NCBI GenBank assembly: GCA_964593885.1
Contig: CAZQKK010000001.1
Span: 24,066 to 88,065 of the forward strand
Source of the DNA: an uncultured Candidatus Saccharibacteria bacterium
GTDB lineage: Bacteria > Patescibacteriota > UBA1384 > CAILIB01
Reading direction: 5' to 3'
DNA: 64,000 nucleotides
The stretch's first letter is position 1, and each line of letters starts with the position of its first letter. Position numbers and translations under genes: made by a program. Below are positions 43,384-51,868 of the stretch, piece after piece. The notes below the pieces were generated by a model. It searched no databases, had not been told where the DNA came from, and worked only from the letters and a program-made list of their open reading frames with translations.

Positions 43384-44754
43384 ATGCATGAATCGCCTAT
43401 TACCAAACCGCAGATTCCCGATGCAGAGACTACCTTGGTGCCAGAAACCGAGCCATTTGAGTTTGTATACATTCAACGTGAAATCGACCAAAAGTTCATT
43501 GCTGCTCGTTCGCTCCAAATTGTCGAAAGTGCGCGTTCAGAAAACGCACAAAGCTTCATTTTCCTGGATAAATCAGCACGTCCGCTCAACGAAGTTGTTC
43601 GGGAAACCTGGAGATATACCACTGACACCCCACCTCCTCCTACCTACTTCTTTAACATTGGTCGAGAACTCTCATCACCACTTTTCAGTAATCAAGAGAA
43701 CGGTCCACATACAACTATTAGCCCTGGTCTTCTCAACTTACTGTCAGACGCGGAGGCCCTTGAAGCCTACAGACGGCAGTATCGCGGTCTGAATAACCTT
43801 CCTGAAGGAGCTCAGGTCATGATTATTGATGATGTGAGCTCGAGCGGTTCAACGCAAAGAAATGCGCTAGACGCGCTGGAGCTTATGTTCCCGCATATAC
43901 ACTTCACCTTTGAGAGTTTCGTGCCTCAGCACGCTTCAATCCAAAAAAGCGATCAAGAAGAACCAGGCCTGTACTTTCGCAATTCTAGCGTTCACTTGGG
44001 AGAATACATTTTGCCACCTTGGAGTCATAAACCAGGCATAACAGGCGTCACAGACCCAATCCCAAGTATTAATGAAACTAACCTCGTTTCTCGGAAAGTT
44101 CCAAATAGAGCGGAAAGACCAGAAACATCGCCAGCAATAGAGCATGAGCAGGGTATGAGTGGCAACGAAGAGGAGTACGAGCTTCTACCAAACCAGGTTA
44201 ATTACAACACCAGGTTTACTACTCCAGAAGCGCTCTCAAATCTATCAAATGCCCTCGCAGTGGAGGTTAGCGGAATCCTTAGTAACATTGGCCAAAGTTC
44301 GGAATCTGAAAATGTAAGGAGGCTACTCCAAGAAGTTCCGAATTTTGTTCATACACAGAGTATGTCTGCAACTCTCATCGAGTGGGAGCGAGAGCCAGAG
44401 GTAGATGTACTCGTTCTTAACAATCTAAAAGCTCTCCTTTACCGTTTTAATTCTTGGTGCCAACAAGTCAGAGAAAGCGTCACCAGCTGCACTACTGATT
44501 TGGATTTCGATCAAAGAGAAAAGTTGCAAATTCACCTTGATAACCTTCAGAAGATTTTTTTAACGAATATCACTGAGAGATCAGAGCAATTTGAAACCAT
44601 GTTTACCGAAGACAACAACCATACTGACTATGCTTCCACAAACGAAGTGTTACAGTTAAAAAAAGAATTGAAGCAAATCCTTGAAAAATATATTTCGCAT
44701 TCATCAGAAGAAGAACTGCAAGAGCTAAAACATTGGCTTGAGGCACAGCAGTAA
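43384..44754 (+). CDS. Hypothetical protein with an N-terminal phosphoribosyltransferase (PRTase type I)-like domain and an acidic helical C-terminal half (456 aa)
   Basis: PRPP-binding-loop-like motif GAQVMIIDDVSSSGSTQRNALDAL (four hydrophobics, DD, then xxxxGxT). The C-terminal ~250 aa are E/L/Q-rich. GC is lower than the surroundings (about 43-46%). Confidence 0.45.
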   Translation: MHESPITKPQIPDAETTLVPETEPFEFVYIQREIDQKFIAARSLQIVESARSENAQSFIFLDKSARPLNEVVRETWRYTTDTPPPPTYFFNIGRELSSPLFSNQENGPHTTISPGLLNLLSDAEALEAYRRQYRGLNNLPEGAQVMIIDDVSSSGSTQRNALDALELMFPHIHFTFESFVPQHASIQKSDQEEPGLYFRNSSVHLGEYILPPWSHKPGITGVTDPIPSINETNLVSRKVPNRAERPETSPAIEHEQGMSGNEEEYELLPNQVNYNTRFTTPEALSNLSNALAVEVSGILSNIGQSSESENVRRLLQEVPNFVHTQSMSATLIEWEREPEVDVLVLNNLKALLYRFNSWCQQVRESVTSCTTDLDFDQREKLQIHLDNLQKIFLTNITERSEQFETMFTEDNNHTDYASTNEVLQLKKELKQILEKYISHSSEEELQELKHWLEAQQ

Positions 44755-44765
44755 GTACCCGTCCC

Positions 44766-45572
44766 ATGGAAAAAATATCCGGCAACATCTACGAAACAAC
44801 CGCTGACAAGAAGGAAGTTATTGAAGGCGAAGCTGAGCGCCTCAGGAACGCAGACTTCCCAGGCTTTGTGAGTCGTGAACTCATTGGCGAAATTACGCCT
44901 GAGATGCGGGTGCTTGATATCGGATCGGGTGAGAATTCAAACCTTGCAGCTCTCACCTCTGAGAAAGGTGGCCAGTACGTGGCACTTGATAGAAGGCTGG
45001 ATGCCCTTCAAACCCTCGTTAGCTCACCAGACTGGAAAGGAACTGCTATCCAGGCAAACGCAACCGAGCTTCCCCTGAGAGATAGATCTGTAGATATCTC
45101 CCACAGTCGCCTCGTCCACGCTTGGCTCAACGATGAACAGCGGGTAGCCGCAGTACAGGAAATGTTCCGCGTCCTTAGAGAAGGAGGAAAGTTTGTTGCC
45201 ATAGATTTTGACTGGGAAACCATGGAAGGCTCACCCGCCATCATGAGGTTTGCCGAGGTTGCAACCACCATTCTTGGGAGGGTTGGTTTTGATAGCACCT
45301 ACGGCAGCCACGCACTCCAAACCGTTTCTGAAGCCTCCCCTCGCCTCACCTCGCTCACCGAGCAGAGGTTCCACCGAGAAGCAGGCATGTTCTACAACGA
45401 AATCTTTGACAAAGAAGGGCCTCTCTTTTTCATGGCAAACCGTATCCAGAGCCCTGAGCTTGCTGAGGAAGTCACGCACGTATTCAAGCTCCTTCGCGTA
45501 GAAGAACAGGCTGGGCAGCTACAACCTTTTGTTCCACCAGACCTTGTAGGAGTTACTGGTTCCAAGAGCTAG
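44766..45572 (+). CDS. Class I SAM-dependent methyltransferase (Methyltransf_11/25-like, small-molecule type)
   Basis: Motif I VLDIGSGENSN, acidic loop YVALDRR, motif post II RVLREGGKFVAIDFDW. No DPPY/NPPY DNA-methylase motif. Confidence 0.7.
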   Translation: MEKISGNIYETTADKKEVIEGEAERLRNADFPGFVSRELIGEITPEMRVLDIGSGENSNLAALTSEKGGQYVALDRRLDALQTLVSSPDWKGTAIQANATELPLRDRSVDISHSRLVHAWLNDEQRVAAVQEMFRVLREGGKFVAIDFDWETMEGSPAIMRFAEVATTILGRVGFDSTYGSHALQTVSEASPRLTSLTEQRFHREAGMFYNEIFDKEGPLFFMANRIQSPELAEEVTHVFKLLRVEEQAGQLQPFVPPDLVGVTGSKS

Positions 45573-45589
45573 TTGAAACCCAGCACACT

Positions 45590-45622
45590 AAAAAAGCCCC
45601 GCCTTCCGGCGAGGCTTTTTTC
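45590..45622. terminator. Bidirectional intrinsic terminator between convergent genes (AGCCCCGCC-ttcc-GGCGAGGCT with A-run and T-run)
   Basis: aaaaaagccccgccttccggcgaggcttttttcg. Confidence 0.75.
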
Positions 45623-45633
45623 GAATTACACCC

Positions 45634-46386
45634 CTACTTCTCTGGGGTGACCGTACAATCCTTACACTTAGCGGGGTCGAGAGTGCCGATGGTAACCTTG
45701 TTTGTCTTAGCAAGCACAATACAGGCATCGATCATGATCTTGTAGGTTGAGTAGTCTCCCTTGTCTGGTGCCGGCTCCCAGTACGGTAGTGGCGGAAGTC
45801 CACCCTCCTGTGGCTTGTACTTCAGGTTGTAGACCACCGAGAAAGCGTCAGTAGAGTAGGTTCTAATCACCTTTTCTACGCACTTACCATCTACCATTTT
45901 CAGTGCAGTAACCGTTACCTTCATTTTTCCAACCACGTTTGCCACGATGTCAAAAGGCTCTTTGGTATTTTTGAAGAGGAGCACCTTGAGATCTGGCTCA
46001 ATCACCACTTTCTGACAGCCATCATTGGTAAACAGCTTAGCGTCTATCAGTATCTTGGTCAGGAGATCACCCATGTTGTACGTGTCGAAAGGCTTGCAGG
46101 TTTCCTGAGCAGCTGCAACGTTCACAGCAAATGGGTTACTCAAGCTAGCACCATCAGCTTGTGTGAGCGCAGCAGGATTAGGGTAACTAGAGAGCAAGAG
46201 CGCCTGAATTGCCTTGTCCTCAATGGTTCCCAACCTTACCGTCCCCGTAGTCTGCTGACCACCGATGTAGCTTGCACCAGCTAGGTTGTTTGTCGCGAGG
46301 TAGTAGCCAAACAGGGTGCCAAAGATGAAGGTTGCGATACTAAACATCGCGAGAGTTCTCACAACTGGCGTACGACGGAGTTCCAT
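45634..46386 (-). CDS. Hypothetical membrane-anchored/secreted protein (250 aa)
   Basis: N-terminal hydrophobic helix TLAMFSIATFIFGTLFGYYLA. No recognisable catalytic motifs. Four Cys in the C-terminal half. Confidence 0.5.
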   Translation of the reverse strand: MELRRTPVVRTLAMFSIATFIFGTLFGYYLATNNLAGASYIGGQQTTGTVRLGTIEDKAIQALLLSSYPNPAALTQADGASLSNPFAVNVAAAQETCKPFDTYNMGDLLTKILIDAKLFTNDGCQKVVIEPDLKVLLFKNTKEPFDIVANVVGKMKVTVTALKMVDGKCVEKVIRTYSTDAFSVVYNLKYKPQEGGLPPLPYWEPAPDKGDYSTYKIMIDACIVLAKTNKVTIGTLDPAKCKDCTVTPEK

Positions 46387-46456
46387 GAAGGATGGTTTAG
46401 GTTAGTTACTACTCCAGTCTAGCACTGTTACGCATTTGAAATAGTATACTTACACT

Positions 46457-46741
46457 ATGCAGGCAACCTTCACCTCACCCATCTGGTCATACCCGGGTCC
46501 TGGCAGTTGGTACTTCATTACCCTTCCCGAAGATCTCGCCAAAGACCTCAACGAACACGCCCCAAAGGGTGGCTGGGGGAGTGTAAAGGTACAGGTTACT
46601 ATTGGCACTTCAACCTGGAAAACCTCGGTCTTCCCTGACAAGCGCTACAACTCCTACATCCTTCCCGTTAAAAAGCAGGTGAGGAGCGATGAAAACCTCA
46701 TCACCGACAGCCCGGTAACTGTAACCATTTCGGTAGTGTAA
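46457..46741 (+). CDS. DUF1905-family small protein (94 aa)
   Basis: GSWYFITLPEDLAKDL...GGWGSVKVQVTIGTSTWKTSVFPDKRYNSYILPVKKQVR matches the DUF1905 pattern (GW.FV.LP.E......G...V.V..G...W.TSL.P....GY.LPVK..VR). Confidence 0.55.
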   Translation: MQATFTSPIWSYPGPGSWYFITLPEDLAKDLNEHAPKGGWGSVKVQVTIGTSTWKTSVFPDKRYNSYILPVKKQVRSDENLITDSPVTVTISVV

Positions 46742-46879
46742 CTGGCAAGTTTTCACAACATTGACTGCGCTTTCCACTCCAGTCAGACTAAATTAGTAAT
46801 AGCCTTTTGAAAGAGGATTACCCTCAGTGCTCGGTCGAAGTACTGCCTCATTTTATCCACACTTCATAACAGTCAACCT

Positions 46880-47476
46880 ATGAAAACAATCCTTCGCAGT
46901 GTCATGATGATCGCCGCTGTTGCCATGCTGGCAACTGGTACAACCCGCGCTCTATTCACGAGCACCGTTGCTCTCAGTGGAACTTTCTCAACCGGTACGC
47001 TCCACATGAGCCTTACCGATGGTACAACTACCAACCTCTCGTTTGCTAACCTCAAGCCAGGCGATACTGTACGCAAGTGGGTAATGCTCACCAATGATGG
47101 TACCCTCGATATCGCTGGCATGAACCTCCAAACTGCCAACGTTACTGGCGACGCTGGTCTCCTCGACCAGGTTCGCGTTTCAGTGATTGGTTGGAACAAC
47201 AACCCAGGTGGAAACGCTTACTTCACCCCGGGTTGGAACACCACAGCTGGTCAGGCTGTAAACTGGTACGGTACCGCTGATGATGTCTTCACCACCCCAG
47301 AGTGGCAGTCAGGCACCATTCCTACAGTACTCGCTCCAGGACAGAGCATTCAGTACGTCCTCGATTTCACCGTTCCAACAACCATGGACGATGCTTGGCA
47401 GGATAAGTCAGTTACCTTTGACATGAACTTCACCGCTCAACAGGGTGCAGGTACTGCTTACTCAATCTGGCCATAG
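46880..47476 (+). CDS. TasA/CalY/camelysin-family secreted protein with a SipW-cognate-type signal peptide (198 aa)
   Basis: MKTILRSVMMIAAVAMLATGTTRALFTSTVALSGTFSTGTLHMSL...NLSFANLKPGDTVRKWVMLTNDGTLDIAG parallels B. subtilis TasA AAFNDIKSKDATFASGTLDLS...NLSNLKPGDKLTKDFQFENNGSLAI. Confidence 0.7.
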   Translation: MKTILRSVMMIAAVAMLATGTTRALFTSTVALSGTFSTGTLHMSLTDGTTTNLSFANLKPGDTVRKWVMLTNDGTLDIAGMNLQTANVTGDAGLLDQVRVSVIGWNNNPGGNAYFTPGWNTTAGQAVNWYGTADDVFTTPEWQSGTIPTVLAPGQSIQYVLDFTVPTTMDDAWQDKSVTFDMNFTAQQGAGTAYSIWP

Positions 47477-47528
47477 TAATGGCTTACCGATCGCCTGAGG
47501 TTCCTCGGGCGATCACCTAAGCTATTCC

Positions 47529-48236
47529 ATGAAAAACTACCGACACCACCTCAGCACCGTAGGTTTTGTACTCATATTTCTGCTGGGTGGGTTTGTCCTC
47601 GTCTCAGTACTCCCTATCCCAGGAGCTTGGCGTATTCTCTCGGTACTCTCAGGTTCAATGGAGCCAACCCTCCACACGGGAAGCGTTGTCATCATTCAGC
47701 CTACAGACACCTATGAGATTGGTGATGTGATCACCTTCCAGCAAGCCTCAACAGACTCAAAGAATACCGGTTCAATTACCCACAGGATCATTAAGAAGCA
47801 GCGAGTTAACGGCACTGACATCTTCCAGACCAAAGGAGATGCCAACAATGCTGCAGACGTACTTCCCATTAGCCAGGGAAACATTCTGGGCAAGGTAAAG
47901 GGTACTGTTCCAATCCTGGGGTACATCCTTGAGTTCCTCCGTAACCCGGTAGGACTCATCATCTTTGTGATCATTCCTTCAACCCTCATCATCAGTGAAG
48001 AAGCTAAGAAGATCTGGAAAGAGGTAACTCGCATCCGCACTGAGCGCAAGGCGAAAAAAGCCGCTCTTGAAAAGCCAGAGGCTGAAACCCCAGAGGAGGA
48101 AGCTGTACCAGTAGTGGTTGACCCGCCAGCGAAGAAGAAGACGACAGTAAAAACTGTAGCTCCCAAGAAGAAAGCTCCTAAGGCTAAAGTCCCCAAGACT
48201 AAACCAACCAAGCCAAGTAAGCAAACGTCGTCATGA
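47529..48236 (+). CDS. sipW: Signal peptidase I of the SipW/archaeal-eukaryal type, with a Lys/Pro-rich C-terminal tail
   Basis: N-terminal TM, catalytic-Ser box VLSGSMEPTLHTGSVVII, THRII, and TKGDANNAADVLPI matching SipW TKGDNN..D. C-terminal tail KKKTTVKTVAPKKKAPKAKVPKTKPTKPSK. Confidence 0.8.
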   Translation: MKNYRHHLSTVGFVLIFLLGGFVLVSVLPIPGAWRILSVLSGSMEPTLHTGSVVIIQPTDTYEIGDVITFQQASTDSKNTGSITHRIIKKQRVNGTDIFQTKGDANNAADVLPISQGNILGKVKGTVPILGYILEFLRNPVGLIIFVIIPSTLIISEEAKKIWKEVTRIRTERKAKKAALEKPEAETPEEEAVPVVVDPPAKKKTTVKTVAPKKKAPKAKVPKTKPTKPSKQTSS

Positions 48237-49231
48237 CCATACGCATCTCTCGCCTGGTTAGTCTACCGGCACTTCTCGGCATCGTTGCCCTCGCTGCTTT
48301 CGGTCCAGTCCAGAGCATTCGCGCCGCATCTTTTGAAACTGGTGGCTTGAAGATTACCTACGACGGCCCCGCAGCACTCACCTTTGGAAACATTAAACCA
48401 GGCGATAGTAACCGTAAGCAGTTTACGGTTCAGAACGTCTCTAGTGTTGATCAAAACATTGCCATCGGTGCCACCACGTTTGCCGACCTCCTGAGCACCT
48501 CACTCTTGGTTACCCCTGATATCAATGGCACCCCAATTTGGACGAGGACACTCGCTTCGCTCTCAGGAACTGCGACCACCGGAATTGAGATCACACCAAT
48601 CCTCTCACCAGGCTTTAGCGTAACCCTCGGGGTAACGATCTCGCTCCCCTCTACTGCAGCTAACGAATTTCAGGGCCTCGTATCTGATGGGTTCTCAATT
48701 GTAATAGGTAGCCAGATCGGGCTCCCAGAAACTACCCCTACACCCTCTCCTGGTGATGGCGGAAACGGTGGAGATGGGACGGGTGGTGGTGACAACAGAC
48801 CAGCAGCAGCCCCTGGCGGACAGTTTGACGGCCAGCCACTCGCACTCCTCGCTCCAGGTAACATCGCCACAAATAACGCAGCCCAGCCGAACACCCTTAC
48901 CGATGGTGCTGGAAATCAGTCACCTAGCCCTTCAGTAAACAACGTTCTTGGTGCCGCAACTTCTCAAAACCTCCCTGACTGTTTCTGGTGGTGGTTGTTA
49001 CCAGTAATCTTTGCTGCCCTCTTGGTGGCGTACCGAGTAGTAGGTAATAAGCGAAAGATTGCCTTTGAGTCAGTTTGGCCTGCAGTGGTAGCTATTGGCA
49101 CCATCGCACTCCACCTCTACCTCCACACCTGGTACCGAGAGGTAGCCGGATGTGACTACACCACCTACATCGTCATCGCGGAGCTCGCCATCTACTACGT
49201 ATTCCTCTTCAAACAGGGTAAAAACGAGTAG
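48233..49231 (+). CDS. Second TasA/camelysin-like secreted protein (332 aa) with a Gly/Pro-rich linker and C-terminal hydrophobic membrane-anchor segments (TapA-like role)
   Basis: Signal peptide VSLPALLGIVALAAFGPVQSIRAASFETGGLKITYDGPAALTFGNIKPGDSNRKQFTVQNVS (TasA-type core). Linker PSPGDGGNGGDGTGGGD. C-terminal WWWLLPVIFAALLVAYRVV...AVVAIGTIALHLYL...YIVIAELAIYYVFLF. 4-nt overlap with sipW. Confidence 0.6.
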   Translation: MTIRISRLVSLPALLGIVALAAFGPVQSIRAASFETGGLKITYDGPAALTFGNIKPGDSNRKQFTVQNVSSVDQNIAIGATTFADLLSTSLLVTPDINGTPIWTRTLASLSGTATTGIEITPILSPGFSVTLGVTISLPSTAANEFQGLVSDGFSIVIGSQIGLPETTPTPSPGDGGNGGDGTGGGDNRPAAAPGGQFDGQPLALLAPGNIATNNAAQPNTLTDGAGNQSPSPSVNNVLGAATSQNLPDCFWWWLLPVIFAALLVAYRVVGNKRKIAFESVWPAVVAIGTIALHLYLHTWYREVAGCDYTTYIVIAELAIYYVFLFKQGKNE

Positions 49232-49243
49232 GTAGCTGTAGTT

Positions 49244-49570
49244 CTACCTGAGCGTCACGTGTTCCGGCAGTGTTGGTGTCTCTTCCCAAACCTCTTTGAG
49301 AATGCGGCACGGATCAATAATCCGAGGATCAACAATTTGGTAGAACACGTTGAGTCCTTCTTTCCGAGTCCTCACCAGCTTCGTATGCCTGAGCATTGCG
49401 AGATGCTGCGAGACATTAGCTTTCTTCAATCCCAGCATTTCAACGAGCTGCTCAACCGAGGCTTCCTGAAACTTTATCGTGTTCAAAATTTCCAAACGAA
49501 TAGGATTTGAGAGTACCTTGTAGATTTCAGCGTTGCGGTTGTAAACAGTTTTTGGAAATGGAGATTTCAC
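49244..49570 (-). CDS. ArsR/SmtB-family transcriptional regulator
   Basis: YKVLSNPIRLEILNTIKFQEASVEQLVEMLGLKKANVSQHLAMLRHTKLVRTRKEG is a winged-HTH ArsR signature. Confidence 0.8.
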   Translation of the reverse strand: MKSPFPKTVYNRNAEIYKVLSNPIRLEILNTIKFQEASVEQLVEMLGLKKANVSQHLAMLRHTKLVRTRKEGLNVFYQIVDPRIIDPCRILKEVWEETPTLPEHVTLR

Positions 49571-49700
49571 GGTTTCGCAATTAATGATTCGCGCTAAGTA
49601 TAGCTTTTGCGCGCTGGATTGACTACCAATACCACTTTTTCTGTCCCTCGGCCGTCACGGGGTATCATTGGCACTTCACAATGTGCGAAAGTACGAAGGC

Positions 49701-49726
49701 ATTAGTTTCGTTATTTCGAAACTAAT
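49701..49726. promoter_or_regulatory. Perfect 10-bp inverted repeat ATTAGTTTCG-ttattt-CGAAACTAAT overlapping a -10-like TAATAC (49724-49729) about 35 nt upstream of nrdD. Candidate repressor operator
   Basis: Arms are exact reverse complements. Located in the divergent arsR/nrdD intergenic region. SD GGAGG lies 8 nt before the nrdD ATG. Confidence 0.5.
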
Positions 49727-49759
49727 ACATCAGTAAGCCCTAACCCTCCCGGAGGCGAC

Positions 49760-51868
49760 ATGTTCAAACAGGTACGGAAACGCGACGGTAAACTCACAAC
49801 GTTTGACACGTCAAAGATTGCTATCGCTATTGGGAAGGCGGGGGTAGCAACGGGTGAATTTGGCTACAAAGAAGCTGAACGACTGACAAAGCTGGTGCTC
49901 AAAGAACTCCCTAAGCTAAAGAAGCTTCAAACTCCAGGCGTAGAAGATGTCCAGAATAGTGTTGAGAAAGTCCTTCTCAACTCGCCCTACCAACAAACTG
50001 CAAAGGCCTACATTCTCTACCGCGAGCAGCACGCGCAGCTACGCAATCTCGCCCACGCAAGTCAGGTTGAACTGATGGATCAGTACCTCCAAAACTTGGA
50101 CTGGCAGGTTTCGGAAAACTCGAATATGTCGTACTCACTCCAAGGATTGAATAACTACGTCTCATCCGAGGTTTCCAAAACCTACTGGCTGCGAAAGGTC
50201 TATCCACCTGAGGTATTTGAGCCAGCTGAGCGCGGAGACTTCCACATCCACGACCTCAACACCCTCTCCACCTACTGCGTAGGCTGGGATCTCCAAGATC
50301 TCCTTGTATCCGGCTTCAAGGGCACCCGAGACAAGATTGAGTCAAAGCCCGCCAAGCACTTCAAGACCATCCTCGGCCAGATTGTAAACTTCTTCTACAC
50401 CCTCCAGGGCGAATCGGCAGGAGCCCAGGCATTCTCCAACTTCGACACCCTCCTCGCCCCGTTCATTCGCTACGACACGCTCACCCAGGCAGAGGTTGAG
50501 CAGTCCCTCCAAGAGTTCATCTTCAACATGAACGTCCCTACCAGGGTAGGCTTCCAGTCCCCTTTCACAAACATTACCCTTGATCTCATTGCCCCAAGCA
50601 CCCTCGCTAACCAGCAGGTCACCATTGGGGGCGAAAGTAAGCCAGAAACCTACGGTGATTTCCAGAAAGAAATGGACATGTTCAATGCCGCCTTCACCAA
50701 GGTTATCGCTGAGGGTGATGCCAAGGGTAGGGTCTTCACCTTCCCCATCCCTACCTACAACATCTCCAAGGACTTTGACTGGGACAACCCAAAGCTTGAG
50801 GGACTATGGAAGATGACCGCCAAGTACGGCATCCCCTACTTCTCTAACTTTGTGAACTCGGACATGGACCCTGAGGATGCCCGGAGCATGTGCTGCAGGC
50901 TGCGCCTCGATAACCGAGAGCTCAGGAAGCGCGGTGGCGGTCTCTTTGGCGCCAACCCGCTCACCGGATCAGTTGGGGTGGTCACCATCAACCTCCCCCG
51001 CATTGGCTACCTGGCGAAGAACCAGAAAGAGTTCCTCTCTCACCTCGCCCACCTCATGGACATCGCCAAGGAGAGCCTCGAGATTAAGCGCAAGCTCATC
51101 GAGAAGCTTACCGACGCCGGACTCTACCCCTACAGCAAGTTCTACCTGCGGGACATCAAGGCGCGCAACGGTACGTACTGGACCAACCACTTCTCAACCA
51201 TCGGCCTCGTTGGCCTCAATGAAGCCTGTCTCAACCTCTTTAGTGAGAACGTCGCCACCGAGAAGGGCCAGCGCTTCGCCGTAAAGGTGCTGGAGTTCAT
51301 GAGGAAGCGAATCCAAGGCTACCAGGAGGAAACCGGCAACTACTACAACCTCGAGGCCACCCCGGCTGAAGCCACCGCCTACCGTTTCGCCAGCAAGGAT
51401 AAGGGCCTCTACCCAGACATCGTGGTTGCCAACGAAGCTGCCTACCAGAAAACCGGCGAGCAACCCTTCTACACCAACTCGTCGCACCTGCCAGTAGACT
51501 TCACTAACGACATCTTCGAGCTCCTCGACCTCCAGGATGAGCTGCAGACTAAGTACACGGGAGGCACCGTGGTACACCTGTTTGTGGGCGAAGAGATCAC
51601 CGACACACGTGCTGTGAAGTCCCTCGTCAAAACCATCTGCACCAAGTACCGCCTCCCCTACTTCACCCTCACCCCAACATTTTCGGTCTGCCCTGAGCAC
51701 GGCTACGTCGCCGGCAAGGTGCCAACCTGTGAGACGTGTGGCGCCGAGAACAACGTCTACTCGCGAATTGTCGGCTACCTAAGGCCGGTGAAGCAGTGGA
51801 ACCCTGGGAAGAAAGCTGAGTTTGGGAAACGCACCACGTACGTCATGCCCGAGAAAGCAACGGTATGA
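49760..51868 (+). CDS. nrdD: Anaerobic ribonucleoside-triphosphate reductase (class III RNR) with an N-terminal ATP-cone
   Basis: ATP-cone MFKQVRKRDGKLTTFDTSKIAIAIGKAG. C-terminal Zn-ribbon and glycyl-radical region CPEHGYVAGKVPTCETCGAENNVYSRIVGYLRPVKQWNPGKKAEFGKR. 702 aa. Confidence 0.9.
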   Translation: MFKQVRKRDGKLTTFDTSKIAIAIGKAGVATGEFGYKEAERLTKLVLKELPKLKKLQTPGVEDVQNSVEKVLLNSPYQQTAKAYILYREQHAQLRNLAHASQVELMDQYLQNLDWQVSENSNMSYSLQGLNNYVSSEVSKTYWLRKVYPPEVFEPAERGDFHIHDLNTLSTYCVGWDLQDLLVSGFKGTRDKIESKPAKHFKTILGQIVNFFYTLQGESAGAQAFSNFDTLLAPFIRYDTLTQAEVEQSLQEFIFNMNVPTRVGFQSPFTNITLDLIAPSTLANQQVTIGGESKPETYGDFQKEMDMFNAAFTKVIAEGDAKGRVFTFPIPTYNISKDFDWDNPKLEGLWKMTAKYGIPYFSNFVNSDMDPEDARSMCCRLRLDNRELRKRGGGLFGANPLTGSVGVVTINLPRIGYLAKNQKEFLSHLAHLMDIAKESLEIKRKLIEKLTDAGLYPYSKFYLRDIKARNGTYWTNHFSTIGLVGLNEACLNLFSENVATEKGQRFAVKVLEFMRKRIQGYQEETGNYYNLEATPAEATAYRFASKDKGLYPDIVVANEAAYQKTGEQPFYTNSSHLPVDFTNDIFELLDLQDELQTKYTGGTVVHLFVGEEITDTRAVKSLVKTICTKYRLPYFTLTPTFSVCPEHGYVAGKVPTCETCGAENNVYSRIVGYLRPVKQWNPGKKAEFGKRTTYVMPEKATV

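Noticed and set aside
43352-43792. ORF 43352..43792 (+) 146 aa
   Set aside because: It overlaps the start of the PRTase-like gene in another frame and has no motifs. The 43384 ATG frame extends 456 aa with a recognisable domain.
47711-48211. Minus-strand ORF 47711..48211 (166 aa) and 47979..48224 (81 aa)
   Set aside because: They are antisense to the well-supported sipW gene and translate its Lys-rich tail region into a Gly/Phe-rich low-complexity sequence.
49571-49759. Canonical NrdR boxes upstream of nrdD
   Set aside because: No pair of 16-bp NrdR-box-like palindromes (acaCwAtATaTwGtgt) spaced about 31 bp apart could be found. Only the ATTAGTTTCG inverted repeat and a short CACAATGTG palindrome were seen.
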